This document shows positions 12,197 through 24,404 of a stretch of 64,000 nucleotides of DNA, piece after piece; position 1 is the stretch's first letter, and every line of letters begins with the position of its first letter. This DNA comes from Hydrurus foetidus (lineage: Eukaryota): contig UYFQ01000143.1 of assembly GCA_900617105.1 (NCBI GenBank), positions 1 to 64,000 of the forward strand, read 5' to 3'. The notes beneath the pieces were generated by a model, which was given only the letters and a program-made list of their open reading frames with translations, had not been told where the DNA came from and searched no databases. A program made the position numbers and the translations under genes.

Positions 12197-15100
12197 ATGC
12201 CACTTCTTTCTGTAAATGGAATAAATGTCGACTTTCCGAAGGAACCCTACCCATGCCAAGTAGACTACATGCGGAGCACGATCAATGCAATCATGGACAG
12301 TACTAATGCATTGTTGGAGAGCCCAACAGGAACAGGGAAGACTCTATCGTTACTGTGCTCAACTCTTGCATGGCAGGCACATGCAAGATCTATGAATCAA
12401 CGTGTCACGCACAAGCTCGAATACAGTGCTGGCCCAACGAATCCTGCAATTGCAGGTAATCTCGTTGCGGTTGAAAAGAATGGCCCGAAGAAGAAGTTCA
12501 CGTCAGTCCCATGCACAATTGTGTACGCATCTCGGACGCACAGTCAGCTTGCCCAAGTTGTTGAAGAATTGAAGAGCACAAATTACAGGCCCCGCATGAC
12601 AGTACTCGGGTCGCGCGATCAGCTCTGTATTCATGAGAAAATATCAAAGCTAAAGTCTGGGGCTCTAAATCATGCATGTAATACATTGAATACTCAAAGG
12701 GGGTGCTCTTTCAAGAACAATCTTGAAAAGTACAGCGCGGTTACAGAAGGTACCGCTTCGGCTGTGATGGATATTGAAGAAGTCAAGAGAATGGTGGGGC
12801 AGACAGATAGAGCGTGTCCATACTTCTACACTCGTGAGCTATCATCAAGCGCTGACTTGGTTTTGGTGCCGTACAACTATCTTCTGGACAATTCTATCAG
12901 AGCGACTTTGAAGTTGGACTGGCAGAACTCTGTCATCATTTTCGATGAAGCTCATAATTTAGAGAGAGTTGCTTCTGATGCCGCGTCATTCACACTGACA
13001 TCTACTGACCTCGCTGGGTGTATCATGGAGTTGCAGAACGTTCTTCGGTCTTTAAAAGCGAAGAAAGACAATGCTGGAGATGCTAACATTGAGTCTGAAG
13101 AGACCGGCAATGATAAGATACAAATAATAGCTGGAGGAAGTAATTCTAATAATGGTGGCAAAGAACCACCTTCACTGAAGGTCTGTCAGTGGTTGTCGTT
13201 ATTAATTATTGGCTTCTCCGTTTCTATGCATTAATACTGACTCGTATGTACGTACGTACGTCATATGATATTCTTTCCTAGGGAGCAATCAGAATTCTGA
13301 CAGCACTATTCGCACTGGAAAAGAAAATAGACCAAGTACCCCTGAGCCCGGACGGACCGGGTCGGACCCCATCGAACGTTCTGCCAGGAGCATGGCTGTG
13401 TGACGTTTTGGAATCTGTGGGACTGCAACACACCATGGTACGACAATATGTGAGACATAAAAGATAGGAGGCTGAGATAGATAAGATGTAAGATAGATAG
13501 CTGGGATAAGATAGATGAGATGGATACAGATACAGGTACAGAGATAGAGTGAGTCGTGTTGCAGAAATCAAGCGACTCTGATCGACTGGAGGGGTACGGA
13601 AATCTATGACATAGCCTCCGAACACACAGTGTCTGTTTCTAATCAACAGCATGACACCTATTCTTGCAGGCATCAGTGAACATAGACGAGATAAAGCGGT
13701 GTGCAACCTACTTGTTAGATGAAGCAGAGAACGCAGCTAGCGGTGGACAGTCTATCCCTGAGCCCAAGTTAGTGGCTCTCTCAGGGTGTTTGAACCGGGT
13801 ATTTCGAGGACGCACATTAGCAGAGAGCAGCAAGGCAGTAGCTGACTACAAAGTGTTCATCTGTGAAGAAGAGGCAGCGAAGAAGCCAGGGTACACCGCA
13901 TTACAGACACAGAAGAGAGCATCGGGAGTGTGGGTTAATGGTGGTGACACCTCCTCCACGTCTCAGAAGAAAAAGGTTCTTAACTTCTGGGCTTTCAGTC
14001 CGGGAATCGCAATGGAAGATCTGAAGAAATTAGGCGTGAGGTCCATCATTCTCACCTCAGGAACCCTCTCTCCTATGGCGTCCTTCAAAGAAGATATGAA
14101 ACTGCCATTTCCTGTTCAATTAGAGAACAAGCATGTGATTGAAGACAAGCAGATTTGGGTGGGGTGCATCACCACTGGCATATCAGGCAAGCAGTTGAAC
14201 TCTTCATTTAAAGTCAGAGAGACACCAGAGTACAAGGACGAGGTAGGGGGAAGCATCCTCAACATAGTGCGTACCATGGCGGGACAGGGAGGAACTGGGA
14301 CCATTGGTTCCGGAATGCCACCAGGTCCAGAGTTGAAGGGAGGTATACTCGTTTTCTTTCCGTCCTACGGTGTGATGGATAACTGTGTGGAGAGATGGCA
14401 AGCCACTGGCTTGCTCGAGAAGTTGAGAAACGTTGGAGGAGAGGTGGTAGTTGAACCTAAGGGCAGTGGGACAGCGAGTGTGTCTGCTCGGGACAAAGGC
14501 GGAGGAGGCAGAGACAAAGACAGGCCTATTGCAGGCAGACAGAGGGATAGGTGGTCAGAAAGCAGTACCACAGATGCTAGTACAGCAGGGTTTGGTTTCG
14601 CCTCCACTAGCAGCACGAAGATCATGGATGAGGATGATGGGACCCTAGGGGAGGGGAGGGGAGGGCCTCATTGGGAGGGGTGATCAAGGAGTTTGAAGCC
14701 ACTCTGGCTAGTAGAGGACGATGCGTTCTATTGGCGGTGTGCAGGTGAGTTGGGGTATTATTAAACTGAGGTAGATGTCTAGATGCATACTGTAACAGAG
14801 GTGAGATATCGCCTAAAACTGCTGTGGATGGCTTTACTGACTGACTAGTGACTATCCTTCAACCGGGGCACAGAATGGGATGTCTCCAGTTGGGTATTAA
14901 AGGCTGCTTTTTATTTTCCCTCCATACCGTGTCGTGTCCGTCTTCCATCCGGTCTCGGTTGGCCTCTCCTCCCTCCACCACTCCTCCTCCTCCTCATCCC
15001 TCATCCTCCTCCTCCTCCTTCCTCCTCCTCCTCCTCCTTCCTCCTCCTCCTCCTCCTCCCTCCCTCATCCCTCATCCTCTCTCATCACGTCCCATCCTCC

Positions 15101-16441
15101 TCCTCCCTCCTCCTCCTCCTCCTCCCTGTCCCTCCTCATCCTCCTCATCCTCCTCCTCCTCCTCATCCTCCTCCTCCTCATCCTCCTCCTCATCATCCTC
15201 CTCCTCCTCACCCTCTTTCCTTCCCCCACCACCCTTCTACTCCTTTCACCCTTCATCTCCCTCCTACCACCTACCCCACTTTCACTATTCTCCTCATTTA
15301 CACGGTTACACTTACTCCCACTCCCACCATTCCCTCACTCCCACCTCTACTAACTTTCAGAGGCAAAGCGTCAGAGGGAATTGACTTCAGAAACAACAAG
15401 GGTCGAGTTGTGATCGTCACAGGTGAGTGGGGTCGATTATTCTACGTTTCCTTGTTGCGGGACCTTACACGATAATATTGGAGACAAGGTTGGGCTAGAC
15501 TTCACATCTGAAGTTGGACTAAATGTTTCCCTATGAAGCGTAGATTGTATTAAGCGCTATCTCAAGCTGTGAAATAGAGCACACACGCATGTGGATTCCT
15601 CTCGCTCGCTATCACGCACCGACTAGCCTCAACCCATGCTAATAACTGCACACTCGACATACGTCATTCAGGCATTCCATTCGCCCCCCCTATGGACCCT
15701 TGGGTGGTTCTGAAGAAACAGTATTTAGATGAAAAGTGCCTCAAACAACTCCCCCCCAAGGACTCAGGACCCTCCATTCCAAGATCCAATGTGATCAGAA
15801 ATGATGCCAGAGTGGTGTATGGGACGACCGGTGGGTTCTCCAGTGCTGCTGCTGTCTCCGCCTCTAGTACGTCAGCACCATACCCACCGTACAAGCCGTA
15901 CGTTCCTAGTGCGTCTGCTAGCTATGATGAGGTGTGCAAACAGACGGCAGCAGCATGGGCGGGGAAGTTCACCTCTTCTTCTTCTTCCTCCTCCTCCGCA
16001 TCTTCACTGTTACTGCCCATGACATCCAGCACGTACGGCAGCAGCAGTAAGTACGAGTCCTACGGTACGTACGTTAACAGCAGCGGGAGTGGGAGTGGGA
16101 GTGGAGCAGCCGTGAAAACTCATTTCTTGGATGGACAAGGGTGGTACAACCAAGTGGCAAGTCGAGCCGTCAATCAAGCAATAGGCCGTGTCATCCGGCA
16201 TAAGAAGGACTGGGGAGCCATATTCCTCCTAGACGACAGATTTCAATACGACAAACAAGTATCGCAGTTAAGTTCTTGGGTTCGTCCAAGACTGAAAAAG
16301 TACGCACAGTTTCCCTCTGCGCTCTCTGACTTCAGAAGATTCATTACCACTGCCATGGCGGACCCAGACCTCAAGATTCCAGTGCCTGTTGCAGTGTTTG
16401 AGAGCAGGACTTCAGGGTACTTGCAGAGTGTAGCTGCAAGA

Positions 16442-16474
<33 letters not shown>

Positions 16475-18173
16475 GCTACTGCTGCTGTGTTGGCTGGAGA
16501 GAAAGAAGGGGCACCACCGGTCATGAGGGTGGTGGCTATACGGGAGAGCGATCTCAGCAGTGCGGATGGCTCATCCCAAAGGGGTGGAGATGGAGATGGG
16601 GAGGGAGACGGTCAGGTATCCTACATCGACCCTGCACTACTCTTGACACAGCCGGTGGATGCTGAGCCATCCAGAGTGATACCAAGGTGAGGTGCATGTT
16701 TGACTTGTGAATCGATCTCATTCTCATACTCGACCGGCAGACACCTGGCTGAACATGCCCTCGATGTCCTCTTACGGCAGCACTGGCTCACATCAATCTG
16801 CTACACCCTCTTCACGCAGACGTGCAGACCATGAAAAATCCACAAATTTGCCATGTACTGCCAGTCAGGGTGGCGGTTTCGGATTTGGATTGAATAATAT
16901 TCCTTGTAAGAAGAGCAATGACAGCTACAACAACAGCAGCAGCAGCAGCAGCAGTGTTGTCTCTAAGCCTCCAGCCAGCTCTGGTCTTAGTGCGTTCCTG
17001 AGGGCCCAAGCTGTCCCCTCGAAATCCAAGCCACCTTCTTCCTCTTCCATCTCCTCTTCATCTTCATCTTCTTCTTCTTTCTCCTCCTCCTCCTCTACTT
17101 CTTCTTCTTCTTCTTCTACAGCTTCCTCTTTAGTTTCATCTCACAGCAACTCATCAGGACCAACCGGTTCATCGGGTCAGAGAGTGACAGATAGAAGACC
17201 TTCTGTACCCCCTTTCATTAGACCTGATGCCGACAGCAGTGCAATACCGTCAGTGAAGCATGTGAGGGAGAGTGCGAGAGATAAGGAGAATGTGAGAGGC
17301 GTTGCACATGATGCCACTCGCAATCAGCATCAGCCTACCATGAAGAACACCAAACCATCACAGTCACAGTCACAGAATCAGAGCTGCAGGGAGAGGGAAA
17401 TGGAGAACGATAGCATTAAACGGAAGATACTGATGTCATCATTTTCTCAAATGAGTGACGTCAGCGATAAACCGGTTGAAAGAATGAAGAAAATGAGCGC
17501 AGATTGTAGTCCAAGCATCAGTGCGCATGTCAAAAGTGTTCCTAATAGTGCTATGAATACTGCTGCTGTTGCTTGTGTTCCTGCCAGTAGTGGCAATAGA
17601 ATCAGCACTAGTATTAATAGTACTGACAGTGGCGCTAGTAGCAGTCGTAGCGAAACTGCTGCGGGGAGTAGAAATAAGAGTAATAGCAGTGGTAGCAGCA
17701 GCAGCAGCAGCAGCAGCCAAGGTGTGGATGCCAGTCAATCCACAGACCAAAGAAGTCTGAACGGCTACAATTACTCTGAGAGCTTCTCGCAGGTGGATCA
17801 AGTGGGACCAGACCAAGCCTCCCAGCCCTCCAAAAGGGCCCGCATGATGCTCCAAGCAGCTTTACAGCCAGCTGTAGTGGCCAGGAAGGACATCTCAGGG
17901 CTGCTCGCTAGCATCAATGCCAGTAAGGCAAGGAGTGTGGGTGCTGGTGTTGTGAAGGGGGTGGGTACTGTGGGGGTGGGTGGTGAGAGGAAGAAGAAGT
18001 ACGTGTGTGCGGTGTGCAAGAGTGTCGCAGAGGAGCCCTGTGCAGCGCGGTGTGGACACATATGTTGCGAGACGTGTTGGACCCAATGGTTGAAGAGACA
18101 GCAGACTTGTCCTTGCTGCCGAGCACCTACTACACTGCAGCAAATCAAAAAGATAACTATTCTCAGAAGCTGA
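12197..18173 (+). CDS. RTEL1: RTEL1-like XPD/Rad3-family Fe-S helicase with C-terminal RING; exons ~12197-13180, 13282-13437, 13670-14744, 15361-15422, 15672-16686, 16781(or 16820)-18173
   Basis: ESPTGTGKT, YASRTHSQL, CPYF, DEAH, TSGTLSP, VFFPSY, RGKASEGIDF, RAVNQAIGRVIRH; GT-AG junctions in phase. One apparent frameshift in the G-rich tract ~14645-14680. Confidence 0.88.
14965..15215. repeat. (TCC)n-rich microsatellite in an RTEL1 intron
   Basis: Pyrimidine triplet tract between donor 14745 and acceptor 15360. Confidence 0.9.
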
Positions 18174-18512
18174 TTCACAAGTTTCGAACTGTTTGCTATT
18201 GATAAAATTTCTATGAATAACCAAACATTCCAACTTTTAAAGCGTATTTTCTCTATGCGGTACGCCGAAGATTGCTGATAATTCCCACTACTAGGTCTAC
18301 GGTCCACGATCCTTGTGTGGGCAATGGAAATGACCGTTACACAACTCACAACTCATCTCCTGAAGACCCGAGAGAAGGAAGGATTCATGCACGATGCACG
18401 ACATAGAGCACCAAGAACATTTCAGTGCCAAGTTGAAGTCAATCAGACATCTTCAAAATTTGGAGTAGGGAAGGCAGTGATTGTTTTCGCTGCTAATTGA
18501 CGCTCCTTTGAT

Positions 18513-19755
18513 ATGTTTCGCAACACTTACCAGTCTGGATTTCTTTCCATTCTATATTCCATCGGGTATGGCGTATGCTTTCCTCGAAATACTCACTACT
18601 CCTCTCCAAGCTATTCCAGATTGCTAATTTAACACATTTTACTTTACATTCAGGAGTAAGCCTCTACAAATATGGGATAAGAAAGGTGATTTTGCGACTC
18701 TCTGCAATGAACTTGAACTTGTTTCGATTGCAGTCGCAATGACTGATTGAACAACAACTGAGCTTCATTTCAACATCGATCATCGATAATTGCCAGTTCG
18801 GAATGGTCACATAAAGAGAATAACAGACCCAGATATTCAGTCATCAGTCTTGGAGATCATGGGAACCAATGTCAGCACAACATATATCCAATGCCCAGCG
18901 GATCCTAAGAAAACACTCGCTATTAAGCTCCCCTTCCTTGTGATGATAATCAAGAATGTGAGATAAACACGAATTACTCTGTTGCATTGACAGCACTCTA
19001 CTGATATCTTTGAGAAGACAATTTTCTTTCACCCCAACGGATTCTGACTTGTTCACTGCACAATTCCTTCACAGTTAAGAAAATATTTCACCTTCGAGGT
19101 GATGGTGCTGGACGACAAGAACGTCAGACGGAGATTCCGAGCATCCAATTATCAGGTGAGGCCACACAATTTACATAGGACCAGATAAGATTGCATCTTC
19201 CATCGCCGATAGCAACTACTTATTTCTCCAATGTTCTTTATGTCAGTCGACCACAAGAGTGAAACCGTTTATATGTACGATGCCAATGAGACTGGATGAA
19301 GGCTGGAATCAAATTCAATTCAATTTATCAGATTTCACTAGGAGGGCATATGGAACCAATTACATTGAAACATTAAGGTGAGTAAACTAGATCGTCTGTT
19401 CTTCGTCATCTATTTGAAATAGCACGTAACTTCTTCCTTCATATACCCATGGGGGGGTCTTGGATTGTTCTGACTGCTGTGTTGATTAGCAATCGGAATC
19501 CTGCATCTCAATCTGTTTCTGACTAGTCCTACAGGTTGTCCTAGTGCCCCTTCACTCTTCTATTCTCTCTTCCTTCCTATCTTCATCCAACCAATTGGCA
19601 GAGTTCAAATACATGCGAATTGTCGCATCCGTCGCATATATTTCTCTGACCGCCTTTACTCGGAAGACGAGTTGCCGCCAGAATTCAAATTGTTCCTCCC
19701 CATAACGCAGCAGAACAATGTCGGGGGGCAGGATGTGGGAACCCATCAAGGATGA
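18513..19755 (+). CDS. CFAP20: CFAP20/BUG22; exons 18513-18565, 18654-18685, 18797-18957, 19075-19155, 19247-19377, 19602-19755
   Basis: Manual splicing gives [145 protein letters not shown]. Missed by the ORF track. Confidence 0.96.
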
Positions 19756-20470
19756 CGGTGCAGAGCTATCAACCATTTGTGATGAGTAGTGACTCAAGAG
19801 GCGCTTGCTGTTTATGCAGTTGAGTTACGTGTTCGTGACAGTTAGTGCTCTCTCTCTCTGTCTTTTCAACGTATTTCGAGCTGTTCGAAGTATGTGACTG
19901 CTGTGTGTCTTGTGGGGACAGAGTTACAATAGATCACCAGTGGTCCAGACGCATGACGTCAAAGCCGTGGAGGGACTGTGGACTCGCTCAATGCGTCAAG
20001 GATTCAATGACCTCCACTCATGAACATGTGGGTACTCATGACCACGTACTTGCGCAAGTTTATCACACGCCAACCAGGTCGTGTGTGCATTTAGCGACGT
20101 CACGCGCTACGGATGAACCGTCAGAGGCGTTATGTGACATACTGTTTTTAGTGTATTCGTGGTGTTCCTGTTGACGTTTGTTGTACATAGGAGATAGATG
20201 CTGCGTCTTTTGCGTCTTAGTCTAACGTATCAGTTTCGCCGATACATCTCGTGACAATGGCGCATACTCTTCGAGTGTAACTCACCTGCTCCGTTGGAGT
20301 CGTGACGAGAAAAAAAAGTGTGATTTTCTTTGTCAGGATGCATTATAGCATTATTGCGCGACAGACATGAAGAGTTGACAAGGCAAGTAATCAACGCGGA
20401 GCAGAGGCTATGATACTGTCCGACAAGTTGGTCAAATAGCATGTAGTGCATTAAAGTGGTAAAGGGCAGC

Positions 20471-23400
20471 TCAGCTCTGGTTGCACAGGTCCAACGCAAG
20501 TCCGCTGCGACCAAGAAGCAACTGTATAGTACATAGAAGAATAGACTGGATGAGAGAAGACTGCATAAAAATGACAGTTGAAATGACAGTGAAGAAAAGT
20601 GATTGTGTCGTGGAAAATGGGACTGCTACGATAGAATGTGCGTTCATCGAGGTACTGTGATACAACTCAAACAAGAGGTGTCAGAAATTACCGATTTCGT
20701 CATGGCAGTGAGGGAGATACATCTACGACATAAGGTACGGCATCATTGGCTTCAATTACCTCGGTCACGTGGTCTGCGTCCAAAAAGGAGTCCACATAGT
20801 CGGAAGTCTCGCTGCTTCCGTCACCCGCACGGATGGATCTGCGCGAAGTTGGAATTGCGAAGAAAAGGGTCAGTGACGATATCAAGTTATATGAATGTAC
20901 ATCAAGTTAGAAGATTCACGAATGGCGCGATACCATGCAGTGTAGAATAGATTTTATTCACCAAGTCCAGTCCGTCATACATTTTGTAAATAATGTTTTC
21001 AACAATCGGACGAATCCTTTCAGTGGATTGACAGATTATTAAGTTTTGAAATCATCGGACACACAGGAAAATAACGACCAAAACAGGCGTTCATGCATGT
21101 TGCATGAATATTGAGCAGGCATGAGGGTGATTGTCCTCACTTATTAATGGCATTTATCGATCAGAGGATTCAGAAAAGACTAATCATAATTGAATCATCG
21201 GACGCAACGCACATGCTTGCTGTTCCATATTCAGGACACGCACACATGCACGTATGCACGAAGAGGAATTGTACGGTCAAATAGATAGATAGATAGATAG
21301 ATAAATAAATAGATAGACGGTATCCTCATCATAAATGTTTTTTATGCTCTCGTCACGTACTTGTGATATCGGAAAGACTAATCGATTTTACAGTCATAGG
21401 ATACATCGCAGGAAGGGTATGTATACTCTACTACAATCAGGTGCATTAAGACAGATGGAGTACGATGCGATGGGATGTGATGTAGGGAGCGTTGGGATAG
21501 AAACAAGCATACGGCTGGTGAGCTACACTTTTTTCAGCTTTCGCCTCTGTGTGGTAATATTTCCGGCCAAAGCAACTAATAACCCTCATGGACTGGGGGT
21601 GCGTTTAACGATCGGAGTTGCACTTCACTTCAACATTCGCCTCATTTCATTGTGTGTGTCCTATCTACTTGCAAGCGCATGGTCACTAGGACACGCTCTT
21701 TCTCCCTCCCGCCCTTCCTTTGTCTCCCTCTATCTCACCTGTAGTTAGCTGCCTTGGGGCTGCCGTACCCGAGAAACACATCGTGCAGCCATGACGGTAT
21801 CGCTTGGCTCAGGGCTGGCGTGTTCATCAAGTCGCGGATGGTCTCGAGCACGGCCTTGAAGTTGTTCTCTTTCGGCTTACGACGCACCAAGAGATTCAGA
21901 CGACTGTAGCAGTCGTGTCCGTCCTGATCGCGCAGAAAGGATGATTTTAAGTCAGTGTGTGCAGTTGTGGGGAGTATCGGGATTGGTATGTATTCAGGTT
22001 CAAATAAAAGCGGGCGGCGGCGAAGAAAAGGTAGCAAATGATACGATGTGATGGGATGTGATGTAGGGAGCGTTGGGATAGAAACAAGCATACGGCTGGT
22101 GAGCTACACTTTTTTCAGCTTTCGCCTCTGTGTGGTAATATTTCCGGCCAAAGCAACTAATAACCCTCATGGACTGGGGGTGCGTTTAACGATCGGAGTT
22201 GCACTTCACTTCAACATTCGCCTCATTTCATTGTGTGTGTCCTATCTACTTGCAAGCGCATGGTCTCTACAATACTCTCTTTCTCCCTCCCTTTGTCTCC
22301 CTCTATTTCACCTGTAGTTAGCTGCCTTGGGGCTGCCGTACCCGAGAAACACATCGTGCAGCCATGACGGTATCGCTTGGCTCAGGGCTGGCGTGTTCAT
22401 CAAGTCGCGGATGGTCTCGAGCACGGCCTTGAAGTTGTTCTCTTTCGGCTTGCGACGCACCAAGAGATTCAGACGACTGTAGCAGTCGTGTCCGTCCTGA
22501 TCGCGCAGAAAGGATGATTTTAAGTCAGTGTGTGCAGTTGTGGGGAGTATCGGGATTGGTATGTATTCAGGTTCAAATAAAAGCGGGCGGCGGCGAAGAA
22601 AAGGTAGCAAATAATACGATGTGATGGGATGTGATGTAGGGAGCGTTGGGATAGAAACAAGCATACGGCTGGTGAGCTACACTTTTTTCAGCTTTCGCCT
22701 CTGTGTGGTAATATTTCCGGCCAAAGCAACTAATAACCCTCATGGACTGGGGGTGCGTTTAACGATCGGAGTTGCACTTCACTTCAATAATTTGTGTCCC
22801 AGTTTCTCGTGCATATTCTCCCTTACTTATGAGCTTCGCACCAGTCTACTCACCCTCATGTCAGCGTAGTATTGGGCAGGATCTAGTCGGACACGAATCC
22901 TCCTCTTGTTGCCCACTCGACCGCTACTTCTCTCATCGGGCCTGAAGAGGAGGAAGGAGAAAGATTGACACAATGGAAGCTCAGTCGATAAAAGAGGGAG
23001 GCGGGTCATTGCTGAGGTGACACGTGGCAAGTGGCGTCGCATCGACGTCACTTGAATGAGTAAGTATGAGTGGAACAAAGTAATGCATAGGTGCTGTCGG
23101 CTCAGGTTAGTTACGTGGTTATCACCAGACACGTTTGTGTTGTAAGACAGGGATAATTGTTGGAATATCATCACCGACAGCTCGTATACAGACGTCGTCA
23201 ATAGAAGAGGGTAAGGTCAGGCAAAGCAGTGCTGTGTCGTATCTTCGCACGGTCGGTTCACTGTAAAGTGTCACCATACTCACAAGTGAAGTGAGGAAGT
23301 TAAAATCGTTTCTCACATCATCACCGATTGAATGCCATGATGAGCAGTGCAGTGCATGTAGGACATGGTTGCAAGACAAATATATCATGTGGAGAGACAT

Positions 23401-24000
23401 GTTCAGATGTGGAGTAGGATCGACAAGAAAAATATGAATGGGAAACAGAGAGCAGTGCGGTATGGTGTCGCTGCTTGGGAGGGGTGGTTGTAATGGGTGA
23501 GTCCTAAGTTTGTGGATAATCAGCTTTCGTCAAGAAGATTCAGAGGATTGGCATCTGATTGTTTCTGTCATCATCGGATTCACTCACACTCCCAAAATCA
23601 CACTTATATATTGTCAGCAAACAGCGCCACTCTTGTACTTTCTCAGTGCACGGACTTACTTGAACGGGTCGTTCAGCACCACATTGTCTTCGTCGCGCAT
23701 CTCGAACACTTCGCCTCCCCTCACATATTTCACGCCTTCAGTGAACAGAGAAGTTGTTGGTATCATTTAGTTGGGGGCATGTATGACAATAGTAACAAAA
23801 GGAGTAGTTGCGTTCATCGGCTCAGGTTAGTTACGTGGTTATCACCAGACACGTTTGTGTTGTAAGACAGGGATAATTGTTGGAATATCATCACCGATTA
23901 CGAGTGTCAGTCACAGCATTAGCGCTTACCTTTTTCGTATGTCTTGTGGCAGGGCGGCTGCGACCGAGTAAGATTGTTATCAAGTGAGGTATGAGATGAC
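20471..24000 (-). pseudogene. AQR-derived partial duplicate (exons 6-9, exon 8 doubled) with unique flanks; probable non-coding snoRNA host
   Basis: 20603-23898 near-identical to 27250-29958 with substitutions. Unique donor AAG|GTAAGC at ~23929 and unique acceptor TATACAG| at ~20522. Confidence 0.6.
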
Positions 24001-24404
24001 TAATGTGTCTCTACATTATTTCCGTTAAGCGATTGGTGCGTCGTCCTTCTTCACCGCGTTTAATATTTGCTGTATGAAGCAAGTCCCAGTCGAAGACAGA
24101 CTTGGGTAGGATGCTTCAAGTAGCCAGCTCTCGTTGATGCAGTCAGTCATTCTATATCAATGTGCAGGTGACAACTTCCGCGGTGATATAATAGTTATCT
24201 TACAGATCAGGTAAGAGCGCCATGTAAGTGTCATATTTCAGGAGGGACGGATGGATTGAAAGCATGTTACAGCTCTGGAGAGTTGAGAGTACGGACATGC
24301 AGGGGGATAAGGATTGGGGCATTACCAATGTTTGTCATCATCTCATGTCGACACTGCATGGTTAGTGTGTGGATCAAGGCTAAGAACCATATGGATGAAA
24401 GCGA

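Noticed and set aside
14848..15384. Poly-Ser/Pro/Leu ORFs
   Set aside because: Products of the (TCC)n tract inside an RTEL1 intron.
22978..23053. Additional C/D snoRNA (GTGACGT...CTGA on the minus strand)
   Set aside because: Weak box C and no recognisable guide; not supportable by eye.
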